Below, in pieces: positions 20,337 through 29,945 of a DNA stretch of 64,000 nt. Under the pieces are notes generated by a model. That model was not told the DNA's origin. It did not search any database and saw only the letters and a program-made list of their open reading frames with translations. The stretch is from Candidatus Multivoradales bacterium (GTDB lineage Bacteria > Acidobacteriota > Thermoanaerobaculia > Multivoradales > JAHEKO01). Every line of letters starts with the position of its first letter. Position 1 is the stretch's first letter. The position numbers were made by a program, and so were the translations under genes. The stretch is taken from NCBI GenBank assembly GCA_965223855.1, contig CBDCXM010000009.1:1728001-1792000 (forward strand). The letters are read 5' to 3'.

Positions 20337-20357
20337 CCGGCGCTGACTGGAAGAGCG

Positions 20358-20966
20358 CTACACGAACCAGGAGGCGGCCGTGAACCGGTCGCCGTGGAGC
20401 ACCGGCTGCACCTCGTGCACCGTCTCCGCCGGGAAGGTCACCAGCAGCCCGGGCTGGATCGCCACCGGGAAGCCGCGCTCCGCCAGCCGCGGGTCGTCGA
20501 AGAGGCCGTAGAAGGTCAACGCACCGCCCCCGAACGCCCCCTCCTCCGGCTCCGCCGTCACCCGGTTGAGGAACAGCACCGCCGACACCCGCCGCGGGCT
20601 CGACACCGTGTTGGTCCTGGCCTTCGGGCTGCGATCGCGATGCGCGGCGTAGAAGTCGCCGGTCGAGTAGTGGAGGAACTGAGGCTCCTGCACCGTCTCG
20701 AGCTCGACGCCGTAGTGCGCCGCCAGATCCGGCCGGATCGCCTCCAGCCTCTCGACCAGCTCCTCACGCCGTGCCGAGGGCACCTCCACATTCCTGACCT
20801 TCCTGACCTTCTCGTCGACTCCGAACTTGCCGCCTGCACCGAGCACGGTGCCGAGCTCCGAGGCGTGAGTCCTCAACTCCTCGCACACCTCGGCGCACCA
20901 TGCCTCGGGCGCGAACCCCTCGACGACATGGAGGCCGGCATTGCGGAAAAAGTCGGCGGGAAGCAT
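20358..20966 (-). CDS. 2OG-Fe(II) oxygenase (prolyl-hydroxylase/PKHD-like)
   Basis: YSTGDFYAAHRD (HxD), SAVLFLN, FGGGAL and HEVQPVLHGDRF (distal His and Arg). Confidence 0.88.
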   Translation of the reverse strand: MLPADFFRNAGLHVVEGFAPEAWCAEVCEELRTHASELGTVLGAGGKFGVDEKVRKVRNVEVPSARREELVERLEAIRPDLAAHYGVELETVQEPQFLHYSTGDFYAAHRDRSPKARTNTVSSPRRVSAVLFLNRVTAEPEEGAFGGGALTFYGLFDDPRLAERGFPVAIQPGLLVTFPAETVHEVQPVLHGDRFTAASWFV

Positions 20967-21057
20967 GCAGGGAGTATCCCCCGCGGCGGCGCACCGGGCA
21001 ATCGCCAGTGGGTGTTCGGGACGCCCCGCAGGGACGATTCTGCTCCCGGAGTTCAGG

Positions 21058-23081
21058 CTAGGGGAGGTAGCCGAGGCTCCTCAGCCGTTCCTCGACCTCG
21101 GGGTCCAGCGCCGGCGACTCGTCGCCAGCCGCGCCGAGCCGAGTGAACACCTCCGCCGCCCTCGCGAGATGCTCGTCGAGCAGCCGCTCGCCTTTGTCCA
21201 CGATCTCGGGTCGTTCACTCGCGACGTTGCTGCGCTCTCCGGGGTCCGAGCCGAGGTCGTAGAGCTCGCTCTGGCCTGTCGTCCGCGATCGGATGAGCTT
21301 GAAGCCGTCGAAGACGACCGCCTCGAGCGGCGAGCCGATGTCGTTGCCCGTGGCGAAGACGGGAGCCGCGACGGCACCTCCCTCCCAATGAGGCGCGAGT
21401 GAGGGAGCGGCGGCCGCCGTCAAGGTCTCCGCCACCCCGGCCACGTCGAGGATCGTGGCGGCGACACTCGCGGTCGAGACGGGCTCGCGGACCCGGAGGC
21501 GCTGCCCGGAGTGAGGCGGCTTGACGACCAGCGGCACTCGTATCAGCTCGTCATAGAGCGAGTGGCCGTGCCAGTTCGATCCGTGGTCCCAGAACTCCTC
21601 ACCGTGGTCGCTCGTGGCGACGACGAGGGCCTGGTCGAAGACGTCGAGATCCCGTAGTCCGGCGACCAGGCGTCCCAGATTGTCGTCGAGGTAACGGACC
21701 TCTCCGTGGTAGAGGTCGGAGAGCCACGCCTTCTCGTCGGCGGTCACCTGCCGCTTGCCGTGGTGGACGTCGAACGCCTGGTAGGCGAGCCGGGGATCGA
21801 AGCCCGTCTCCTGCGCCGACGGCGCGAACGGCTCGGGCGGTGTGTAGGGATCGTGAGGGTCGAGGTAGTGAAGCCAGAGGAAGAACGGCTGCTTCCCGTT
21901 GAGCCGGACCCACTCGAGCGCGAAGTCGGTGAGGTCGTCCGTGCCGGCGTCGAAGTAGTCGTTCTTCTCCACCAGCAACGAGACGAGTCGGGAGCCGATG
22001 CTGCGATAGCGAGCCATCGGGAACAGCAGAGTGTCATCGAACCCGCGGTCGAGCGCGGAAGCCTCGATCCAGGGGTTCGATCCGATCGCAGCCGTCCGAT
22101 AGCCCGCGGCGCGGAGGAGCTCCGCCAGGGTCGGGAGTGCCTCGGGCAGGGTCGCTCGCCGGTCATGCGATGGGCGGACTCGGGCAGGCCGGTGAGGAGT
22201 GAGCCGAGCGCCGGCACCGTCCATGGAGCGGAGAGTAGGCACGTCGAAGACGACACTCCCGGCGGCGAGAGCGTCGAAACCGGGGCTGCTCTCAGCGCCG
22301 GGGTGAAGGGTGCCCAGCGAGTCCCATCGGAGGGTGTCGACAGAGACGAGCACGATCGAGGGGGCGGAGGGGGTCCGCTCGTCGCTCTCTGTCGACCCGC
22401 TGATCGGACCGATGCTGGTCCGCGCCGCACCGAGGAAGGGAGCGAGGGCAACGACTCCCGCGGCCGTCCACGCGCCGGCGTATCGCAGTCTTCGCGAGTC
22501 TGACGTCAGGGTGACGATGCCTGCTGCCCCCGACAGCACCAGCGCCGCGATCGCCACTGGCAGGGCGTCGAACGTCCCCGCGCACGAGCCAGGCGATCAG
22601 GAAGACGGCACCCATGCAGAGGGCGAGCGTTCGTGTCGTTCTCGACGATCCGCCCTCGAGACCCGCGGACCCGGCTCGACAGGCGACGATCGCGAGGAGG
22701 ATGCTGACGACGGCGACGATCGCGCCGATGCCGATCGCTGTTGGAGTGAGGCGAAGCGGCTGGTCCGGTCGAGTGGCCTTGAGAGCGATGAGAGCGACAA
22801 AGGGGATCGCTACGACCGCGAAGGCGGCTGTCGCCGCACCCCGTGGGTGAATCCCGCCGTTTCGCCTGAACAAGGCGGGCGGCTCCGGCGAGCAGAGCGA
22901 TCGCTGCGGCCACGAACGGCACACCGCCGAGCAGGAAGGGATGCATCGGCCGGGCACTGCCGGAGATGAGGAGAGCGATGGTGCCGTCGAGCGCCCCCAG
23001 AGAGATGGCGAGAGCGGGAGCTGCCGCCAGGACTGACCCGGCCGCGGAGCGCGGATGGCTCCCCGGCTGCCCGGCGATCAC
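21058..23081 (-). pseudogene. Membrane-anchored sulfatase-like (alkaline phosphatase superfamily) gene broken by multiple frameshifts (pseudogene or sequence error)
   Basis: GTG at 23081 overlaps the upstream stop. TM segments are spread across three frames. The catalytic domain has VSVDTLRWD, FLWLHYLDPHDPY, SDHGEEF, HGHSLYDELIRVPL and LRSLGYL. The SAPWTVPALGSLLTG segment is out of frame. Confidence 0.75.
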
Positions 23082-23938
23082 TCCACCTTGCCGAGCGAGG
23101 TCTCTTCCACGATCTTCCAGTTGCCTTCTTCCAGCTCGAAGACGAGTCGCTTGTCGACGACGTCGCTGTAGTGGTCGGCGCGGTAGCTCTGGCGGAAGCG
23201 GGCGTGCGCGACCCCCTGGTCGAGGCTCACCCGCAGGTCGGAGATCGTCACCTCGATCGACTCGGGCGTCGAGATGCGTTGCCGCCGCTGCCCGGTCCAT
23301 TCGGCGCGGCTCGAGTCCGGCGGGAAGAACTCCTCAGAGTAGCTGTCGAGATAGTCGTCGACTCTCTGCTCCTGCCAGGCGGCCGCCCAGCGGCTGACCG
23401 CCGATCGAATCCCGTCGCGGGTGGGCTCGATGGTTTCCGGGCGGGCCTGCTGGGCGATCGGTCTTCCGCTCCCGGGGCCAGCCCTGCCGGCTGCGCGAGT
23501 GCCGACGGGGGTCGGGTCGGGCGCGGGAGCCTCCCGGTCGCGCTGCGCCCGCTCGATCATGAGCCGTGCACGAGTCCGCTCGGAGGCGGCCAGCTCCTGT
23601 CGGAGGTCTTCGTTCACCTTCGAAACGGCCAGGAGGCGAGTCTCGAGTTCGTCGCGCGAGAGGCCTTCGAGGACCCGGCGGTCCAGAGGACCGAGTTCTG
23701 TCTCTGCGGCGACGGGGGTGGGCTGTGCCGCCGGGGTGGCCTGATCCCCCGAGCTGACGGCCACTGCCGGCTTCGCAGCAGTGCCGGCGCCGGAGTCCCC
23801 TCCGCACCCTGGCAGAAGCAGGGCCAGGCCGAGGATTGACGACCGGATTGGTGTTCGGTGCAGTTTCCGCCCGCCGTCCCGAAGCCGGCAAGCGGCCGAG
23901 GCGCAGCGAGACGGGCGACTGTTTCTGGCAGGCTGCAT
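23078..23938 (-). CDS. Putative lipoprotein with coiled coil and C-terminal NTF2-like (Csd6/Pgp2 C-terminal-like) domain; start uncertain
   Basis: Lipobox-like LALLLPGC. C-terminus WAAAWQEQRVDDYLDSYS...ARFRQSYRADHYSDVVDKRLVF...WKIVEE. Confidence 0.65.
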   Translation of the reverse strand: MQPARNSRPSRCASAACRLRDGGRKLHRTPIRSSILGLALLLPGCGGDSGAGTAAKPAVAVSSGDQATPAAQPTPVAAETELGPLDRRVLEGLSRDELETRLLAVSKVNEDLRQELAASERTRARLMIERAQRDREAPAPDPTPVGTRAAGRAGPGSGRPIAQQARPETIEPTRDGIRSAVSRWAAAWQEQRVDDYLDSYSEEFFPPDSSRAEWTGQRRQRISTPESIEVTISDLRVSLDQGVAHARFRQSYRADHYSDVVDKRLVFELEEGNWKIVEETSLGKVE

Positions 23939-23962
23939 GATGGACCCGGGCGCCGGGGGAGA

Positions 23963-24008
23963 CCGAGTCTACTCGGCCTCGAGGAAAGTGAGCTGCTGCT
24001 AGACTCGG
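23963..24008. promoter_or_regulatory. Mirrored -10-like elements (TAGACT on both strands) at the divergent junction upstream of wzc
   Basis: CCGAGTCTA (23963-71) and TAGACTCGG (24000-08) are exact reverse complements. The plus-strand copy reads TGCTAGACT (extended -10). Confidence 0.5.
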
Positions 24009-24023
24009 CCGGTTCGGCGGGCG

Positions 24024-26561
24024 GTGACGCGCCCCCGCCTGGAGGGACTGGAGGCAGGAGCCGTGAGACACCCGAGCGCCCCGCACATGGGCGAAACAGA
24101 CGACCGGAGTCCTCAGCCGGGGACCGCCCTGCCGGCGAGGTACGAAGGGTCGAATCAGCTCCCCGCGCATCGCTCGGCTGCGCCTCCGCTTCCTCAGCAG
24201 GAGGAGGCCTTTCCGCTCGAGCGCTATCTGCAGGCTCTCAAGCGTCGCAAGTGGCTGGCACTGGCTGTGACTGCCATCGTCGTCGTGATGGCCTTCGTGC
24301 AGGTGACGACGACGACGCCGCTGTACCGAGCGACCGCGACCATGCAGATCGATCCGGAGCTGAACAACGTGCTCCCGTACGAGCAGGTGGTGGCCCAGAC
24401 CGCTCCCGGTGGGTGGATGCTCCACGAGTACATCGCGACTCAGTCCCGCAAGTTCAACAGCGCTGCCCTGGCTGAGCGTGTCGTCGAGAGGCTCGACCTG
24501 GTCGATCGCGAGGACTTCGCGATGGAGGTCCGCGCAGGGCTGGTCAGCCGGCTGACGAATCGCATGCTCCGTTCGGTGCGCGCCCTGTTCGGGGGACGGA
24601 AGGCGGCGGCGCCGCTACCGGAGTCGGCGAGCCCCGAGGAGGAGAGTCGTCCGAGTCTCGAGGCCGGGGAGCAGCAGGCCGCCGACCAACAGCAGGCCTC
24701 CGAGGCGCGGCAGGTCGATGAGGAGCGGAAGGCCGCCGAGGTGCGGCAGGCCGCGGGACGGGTACGTGCCGGGATCAGGGTGCAGCCGGTCCCGGAGACG
24801 CGGTTGCTCGAGGTCAGCTTCATGTCCCCGAGTCGTGAGGTCGCTGCAGATGTCGCCAACGCCGCGGTCCTGGAGTTCATCAATCTTCATCTTGAGGAGA
24901 ACTTCAAGGCGAGCGAGAGCGCCAGCAACTTCCTCCGAGACGAGCTGATCGAGCTGCAGGTTGACGTCGAGAAGTCCGAGCAGGCGCTGCTCGCCTACGC
25001 GAAGGACAACGACATCGTCAACATCAACGATCGCGACACCATCAATCGAAAGCGGCTGGCGGATCTCAACGATCAGCTGACCCTGGCGAAGGCCGAGCTC
25101 CTCCAGAAGCAGGCGTTCTACGCCTCTGCCAGCAGTGCCAATGCCGCTTCGCTCCCGGAGAGTCTGAAGACCGCCAATATCCTCGCTCTCGAGCGGCGGT
25201 TGTCGGAGGTGGAGCTGGAGCTGGCCGGCTTCTCCAGCCGCTACGGCCCGGAATGGCCGGCGGTCAAGCAGCTCAACACCGAAGTCGGCGAATTGCGACT
25301 CCAACTTCAGATGGAGCGCCGCCAGGCTCTGCAGTCCGTTCGTCAGGACTTCGAGGTCGCTCAGCGACGGCACGCGACGCTGCAGGCCGCCGTCGACGAA
25401 CAGCGAGACCTCGTGGAGCAGCTCGATGACGACTCGATCCAGTACAACATCCTCAGGCGCGAGGTGGAGTCGAACAAGGAGCTCTACGAGGGTTTGCTGC
25501 AGCGGCTGAAGGAGACCGGAGTCGCTTCCGGGCTCGCGGCCAGCAATATCCGGATGGCCGAGGAGGCTCTCGCTCCCGGCGGCGCGGCGTCGCCGCAGAA
25601 GACTCGCGCCCTGTTGCTGGCCTTGATCGTGGGCCTTTTTCTCGGCGTCGCCGCCGTCGTGCTGGCGGAAGCGCTCGACAACACCATCCAGTCGGCGGAG
25701 GACATCGATCGGCTGCTCGGCTTTCCCGCACTCGGCGTGGTGCCGGATCTCGCTCGCCGCAAGCCGAGTGTCGCCGAGGGGCTGTTCGGCAACCTGTTTC
25801 GCAAGCGCAAGATCGAGCGCACCGGGCCGAAGGTGGTCGATCTCGATTCCTCGGAGGGCTTCCGCGCTCTCGAGGCGTTCCGCTCGTTGCGGACCTCTCT
25901 GATGCTGTCTCACGCGGGCAAGCCGCCCCAGGTCGTGCTGGTGACGTCCGCCATGCCGGCCGAAGGCAAGAGCACCACGGCGACGAACACCGCCCTGGTG
26001 CTGGCTCAGACCGGTGCCCGGACGCTCCTCGTCGACTGCGACATCCGGCGCCCCTCGCTCTGGGAAGTGTTCGACGTTCCGTCCTCGACCGGCATGACGA
26101 CGTACCTCGCGGGAAGCTCGAGGTTCGCGTCGCAGGTTCAGGCAACGCAGCGTCCGAACCTCTTCGTCGTCGGCGCCGGGCCGCTGGCACCGAATCCGAC
26201 CGAACTCCTGGGGTCGAGCCGCATGCTCGCGGGCCTCAAGTTGATGCGCGAGCATTTCGACTACGTCGTGATCGACAGCCCGCCGTTGCTGGAGATCAGC
26301 GATTCGCTGGTGCTCTCCCAGCATGTGGACGGTGTGCTGTTGGTGACTCGCAGCGGTCACACCCCTTGGAAGGCCGTCGCGCGTGCCGGCTCACAGCTCA
26401 TGAGCGTCGGGGCGACGTTGCTCGGGGTGGTGCTCAACGCCGTCGATACGTCTTCGGAGCAGTACGGGTATGGGTACGGGTACGGCTACGGCTACGGCTA
26501 CGGGTATGGAGACCGGCGGCGTGAGGAACAGGCCGCCGCGGAGGCGCGCGAGAGCGCCTAG
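24024..26561 (+). CDS. wzc: Polysaccharide co-polymerase/BY-kinase, Wzc/GumC family (start may be ATG 24087)
   Basis: Two TMs flank a coiled-coil region. EAFRSLRTSL, Walker A TSAMPAEGKST, VDCDIRRP, VIDSPP and a C-terminal (YG)8 tyrosine cluster. Confidence 0.95.
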   Translation: MTRPRLEGLEAGAVRHPSAPHMGETDDRSPQPGTALPARYEGSNQLPAHRSAAPPLPQQEEAFPLERYLQALKRRKWLALAVTAIVVVMAFVQVTTTTPLYRATATMQIDPELNNVLPYEQVVAQTAPGGWMLHEYIATQSRKFNSAALAERVVERLDLVDREDFAMEVRAGLVSRLTNRMLRSVRALFGGRKAAAPLPESASPEEESRPSLEAGEQQAADQQQASEARQVDEERKAAEVRQAAGRVRAGIRVQPVPETRLLEVSFMSPSREVAADVANAAVLEFINLHLEENFKASESASNFLRDELIELQVDVEKSEQALLAYAKDNDIVNINDRDTINRKRLADLNDQLTLAKAELLQKQAFYASASSANAASLPESLKTANILALERRLSEVELELAGFSSRYGPEWPAVKQLNTEVGELRLQLQMERRQALQSVRQDFEVAQRRHATLQAAVDEQRDLVEQLDDDSIQYNILRREVESNKELYEGLLQRLKETGVASGLAASNIRMAEEALAPGGAASPQKTRALLLALIVGLFLGVAAVVLAEALDNTIQSAEDIDRLLGFPALGVVPDLARRKPSVAEGLFGNLFRKRKIERTGPKVVDLDSSEGFRALEAFRSLRTSLMLSHAGKPPQVVLVTSAMPAEGKSTTATNTALVLAQTGARTLLVDCDIRRPSLWEVFDVPSSTGMTTYLAGSSRFASQVQATQRPNLFVVGAGPLAPNPTELLGSSRMLAGLKLMREHFDYVVIDSPPLLEISDSLVLSQHVDGVLLVTRSGHTPWKAVARAGSQLMSVGATLLGVVLNAVDTSSEQYGYGYGYGYGYGYGYGDRRREEQAAAEARESA
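26463..26510 (+). repeat. (TAY GGN)8 coding repeat forming the Wzc tyrosine cluster
   Basis: tacgggtatgggtacgggtacggctacggctacggctacgggtatgga. Confidence 0.9.
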
Positions 26562-26566
26562 GCCTG

Positions 26567-27832
26567 TTGATCGGGGAGGGCAGGTTGACGACCGGCCGGG
26601 CCGCCTGGTTGGTGCTCGTCGGTTGGATGGCCGTTGTCGCGTTTGCCTTCTGGCGTTTCGGCGGTACCCGCTTCACAGATGCCCACCTTGTTGTGCTCGG
26701 GCTGGCCGCTGTCGCGACCCTCGGAGCTTGGCTGCTGCCGCTCAGTCCTCCGATCACAAGCAGGCTCGCCGTCCTGCTCGGAGTCGGAGTCGTGCTCAGT
26801 GTGCAGGTCTGGCGGCTGCCCACCGTCGAGAGCGCGGGCTACCTTCACCTCCTGATCGGTTGGCTTGCGCTCAGCCTGATCCTGGCCGTCGTCCACGGCC
26901 ATCCTCCGAGCGCCGGCCGGTTGGCCCTTGCGCTGGCCGTGCTCGGAGTCGTCGAGGCCGGCATCGGGATCGTTCAGGCGCTGGGCGGCATCGACTACAT
27001 CGGCAGCTACTTTCGAGACGTCGGCGCGATCGCCACCGGTACGTTGATCAACCGCAACCACTTCGCCGGCCTGCTCAACATGGTGTGGCCGCTCGCCCTG
27101 GCAGCGGTGGCCGTGGCGCCGACGCATCGGCGGCGGCACGGGCGACTCAGGCTGTGGGGCGTCCTCGCGAGCTGTGCGCTGATGGGCATTGCCGTCCTGC
27201 TGTCGCAGTCCAGGGGGGGCACCCTGGTCATGATCGCGACCGCCATCTACATGACGACCGTCCTGTTCGTGGGACGGCGTCAGATGGTTGGAGGCGCCGG
27301 GGCGGTGCTCGTCCCGGTGGCTCTCGTTCTCGCCGTGGCCGTCGTCGGCCTCGTGGTCGGTCTCGAGCCGCTGGCGGACCGGTTCGGCGGCCTGGAGAAG
27401 GAGGTGTCACGGCTCGATGTGTACCTGGACACGATCGAGCTCATCGGCGATCAGCCGATCGCCGGCGTCGGCCCGGGCCTCTACCGTTGGCATTTCCGCC
27501 CCTACCAGTCCGTGTGGGCGGGGGTCTGGTATCAACACGCTCACAACGACTACCTCGAGTCGGCCGCCGAATGGGGAGTGCCGCTGGCGCTGATCGTCTG
27601 GGGCGGAGTGCTGTTTCGCTGCCTGCGCGCAGCCCGTACGTACCTCGAGTCTCACGACCCGAGGATTCGCGCACTGTCGCTCGGCGCGTCCGCGGCGATC
27701 TTCTCGATGGCGGCACACAGCCTCGTCGATCTCAACTTGCAGGTCCCCGGTAACCTCCTCGTGTTCGCTTCGATCATCGGCATGGCCTGGGCTCTCGACC
27801 TGCACCGGAGCCAGCCGGAGGCCGTTTCGTGA
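26567..27832 (+). CDS. O-antigen ligase/oligosaccharyltransferase-like (Wzy_C) membrane protein
   Basis: Polytopic. Motifs GTLINRNHFAGLL, LSQSRGG, GVGPG, HAHNDYLE and HSLVD. Confidence 0.85.
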   Translation: MIGEGRLTTGRAAWLVLVGWMAVVAFAFWRFGGTRFTDAHLVVLGLAAVATLGAWLLPLSPPITSRLAVLLGVGVVLSVQVWRLPTVESAGYLHLLIGWLALSLILAVVHGHPPSAGRLALALAVLGVVEAGIGIVQALGGIDYIGSYFRDVGAIATGTLINRNHFAGLLNMVWPLALAAVAVAPTHRRRHGRLRLWGVLASCALMGIAVLLSQSRGGTLVMIATAIYMTTVLFVGRRQMVGGAGAVLVPVALVLAVAVVGLVVGLEPLADRFGGLEKEVSRLDVYLDTIELIGDQPIAGVGPGLYRWHFRPYQSVWAGVWYQHAHNDYLESAAEWGVPLALIVWGGVLFRCLRAARTYLESHDPRIRALSLGASAAIFSMAAHSLVDLNLQVPGNLLVFASIIGMAWALDLHRSQPEAVS

Positions 27833-29106
27833 GGCTCGCTGCTCGGTGCCTTCTCACCGCGGCCCTTCTGCTGGCCTGCGGACGAGTGATCGCTCAGTAT
27901 CGTGCCGTGCGAACCGCGGGCGACGGCGAATCGGGGGAGCGTCTCCTGGCGGCGATCGCTCTCGATCCGACGTCGGCCGAGGCCTATTCCCTCCTCGGGC
28001 GCTGGGAACGCGACTCACCGGAGGGAGGCGGACTGGAGAAGGCCGAGTCGGCGTTGCAGCGTGCCACCGAGCTGCATCCGGCCCAGTGGCGATACCACCT
28101 CGAACTCGCCAGGACGCGGGAGTTGAGAGGGCGGACGAAGGAGGCGGAGGCCGCCTATCTCGAGGCGCTCGACCTCAATCCCCACAGCGGCGACTATCAA
28201 TGGCAGGTGGGCAGCTTCTACCTTCGTGCCGGTGACGAGGCGGCTGCGGCGGGGTACTTCGGTGCAGCGGTGTCCGCTGAGCCGAAGCTGTCGCTGCCGG
28301 CATACGAGATTCTGACAGGGCTCGCGGCCGGTGAGGAGCAGATCGACCGGGTCTGGCCTCGCGATCGCCGTTCGCGGGTCGATCTGCTCAAGGTAGCGAC
28401 CCGCCGCAGGAGCGAAGGAACTGCGCCTTCAATCGACTTCGTGATGTCGCAGTGGGAGGGGCTCCAGAGCGTCGATCCTCCCCTCTCCCTCGTCGAGGCG
28501 AACTCGGTGGTGGAGCACCTGCTCGCCCGAGGGGCAGCCGGGCTCGCTCGAGAGGCGTGGCTGGAACTGCAGCAGCGCATCGGGGTGAGGGACGACGCCT
28601 TCCTGACGCGGGCCAATCTGGTCTGGAACGGGGAGTTCGAGCGGCCCCCCGGACGGGGGGTATTCGACTGGTCCTTCCGAGGCCGCGACGAAGTACGGGC
28701 CGCTGCCTGTGACGATCGCGAGGTCGAGAGCGCGATCTGTCTCGAGTTTCCCGGCAACGAGAACCTCGATTTCGTCGATTTGCAGCAGGTCGTCGTCGTG
28801 GGCGATGGTGCCGGCGTGGTTGTGAGTTGGAGGGTCCGTGCGGAAGGTCTGACGACCGACGAAGGTCCGTTCCTCCAGGTGCTCGATGCGCGGTCCCGAC
28901 CTCTCGCTCAGACGGCTCCTCTCCGCGGATCGACCGGATGGACCACCGAGTCGGTCGAAGTGACTGCGCCCGAGGGGACCGACACCCTGAGGCTGAGGGT
29001 GAGGCGGCGTAAGAGCTCGAGGATCGACAGCAGGATTGACGGTCGTTTGTGGATCGACTCCGTGACCGCAGCGGCTCGCGTCGGGCGAGCTCAGGGGGTC
29101 TCGTGA
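27829..29106 (+). CDS. TPR protein with C-terminal carbohydrate-binding-like domain
   Basis: N-terminal anchor and TPR-like helices (AIALDP, ATELHP, ALDLNP). NLVWNGEFE...FDW marks the start of a beta-sandwich. Confidence 0.7.
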   Translation: MRLAARCLLTAALLLACGRVIAQYRAVRTAGDGESGERLLAAIALDPTSAEAYSLLGRWERDSPEGGGLEKAESALQRATELHPAQWRYHLELARTRELRGRTKEAEAAYLEALDLNPHSGDYQWQVGSFYLRAGDEAAAAGYFGAAVSAEPKLSLPAYEILTGLAAGEEQIDRVWPRDRRSRVDLLKVATRRRSEGTAPSIDFVMSQWEGLQSVDPPLSLVEANSVVEHLLARGAAGLAREAWLELQQRIGVRDDAFLTRANLVWNGEFERPPGRGVFDWSFRGRDEVRAAACDDREVESAICLEFPGNENLDFVDLQQVVVVGDGAGVVVSWRVRAEGLTTDEGPFLQVLDARSRPLAQTAPLRGSTGWTTESVEVTAPEGTDTLRLRVRRRKSSRIDSRIDGRLWIDSVTAAARVGRAQGVS

Positions 29107-29945
29107 ACCCGCTTCGCCGTGTCGCGGCAGCGGCGCTGCTGGCGGGTGCGCCCTTCTTTGCGGCCTTCGCTCAGTCGACTTCCAACGTGCTGGTGGTGCA
29201 TGTCGAGCCCGGAGCCGAGGTGACCTGGGAAGGCACCCGGCTCGGGACCGTCGGCGAGAGCGGCTCGATGACCATCGAGGGGCCGCCGGAGGGGACCTTC
29301 ACCCTGCTGCTGCGCAAGGACGGCTTCCTCGATCTGGAGAGGGAGGTCCGGATTCTGGCCGGCCGCAACGAAATCGATCTGCGACTCGAGGCGGTGGCGC
29401 GCACGCCGCCGGACGACGGGGAGCGCCCTTCGGCGCCGGTCGTCTCGACGCTGCCCGAAGAGCCGGAGGAGACCGCCGGTACAACTCCTTCCGAGCTGGC
29501 TTCCCCGCGGGAGACGCCCGAGGTCGAGCCCTTCGAGGCGGGCGGAGACAGGGGCGATGCTGCCACCGAGGCAGAGAGCTTGCCGCCGGGTCCGCAGTCC
29601 GAGCCTTCGGCTGCCGCCGAGCATCGGTCGGTGGGCAAGTGGCCCCTGGCCGCGGGCGCTGCCCTGATGGCGCTCATCGCCGCAGCGCTCCTGTGGCGCC
29701 GTCGAGCGGCGGTTCCCGATCCAGCCGCGAAGGGCGGGAGTCGTGAGGGGGCTCGACAGTCGCTGCGGACGCCGACGCCGTCGCGAGCGGAGCTTGCCGC
29801 CGCCCCAACGATCCAACACGATCGGCAGTCGGACGAGTTCCTGGCGCAGCTGCGGCGCCGCGAGCATGACATCGAGCAGGAGGAGGCAGGCAACGAGGTG
29901 ATCGAGGCCGAAGTTCTCGAGGTGTGGGAGGAGAACGAGACCTGA
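29103..29945 (+). CDS. PEGA-domain membrane-anchored protein
   Basis: Signal peptide, VEPGAEVTWEG...G...PEGTFTLLLRKDGF, Pro/Glu linker, and a TM followed by RRR. Confidence 0.65.
   Translation: MNPLRRVAAAALLAGAPFFAAFAQSTSNVLVVHVEPGAEVTWEGTRLGTVGESGSMTIEGPPEGTFTLLLRKDGFLDLEREVRILAGRNEIDLRLEAVARTPPDDGERPSAPVVSTLPEEPEETAGTTPSELASPRETPEVEPFEAGGDRGDAATEAESLPPGPQSEPSAAAEHRSVGKWPLAAGAALMALIAAALLWRRRAAVPDPAAKGGSREGARQSLRTPTPSRAELAAAPTIQHDRQSDEFLAQLRRREHDIEQEEAGNEVIEAEVLEVWEENET

Noticed and set aside
20358-20966. 2OG-Fe(II) oxygenase as a RiPP tailoring enzyme
   Set aside because: It lies about 35 kb from the precursor and nothing links the two.
26463-26510. (YG)8 repeat as a contingency locus or novel repeat
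   Set aside because: It is explained by the Wzc autophosphorylation tyrosine cluster, and the codons vary synonymously.
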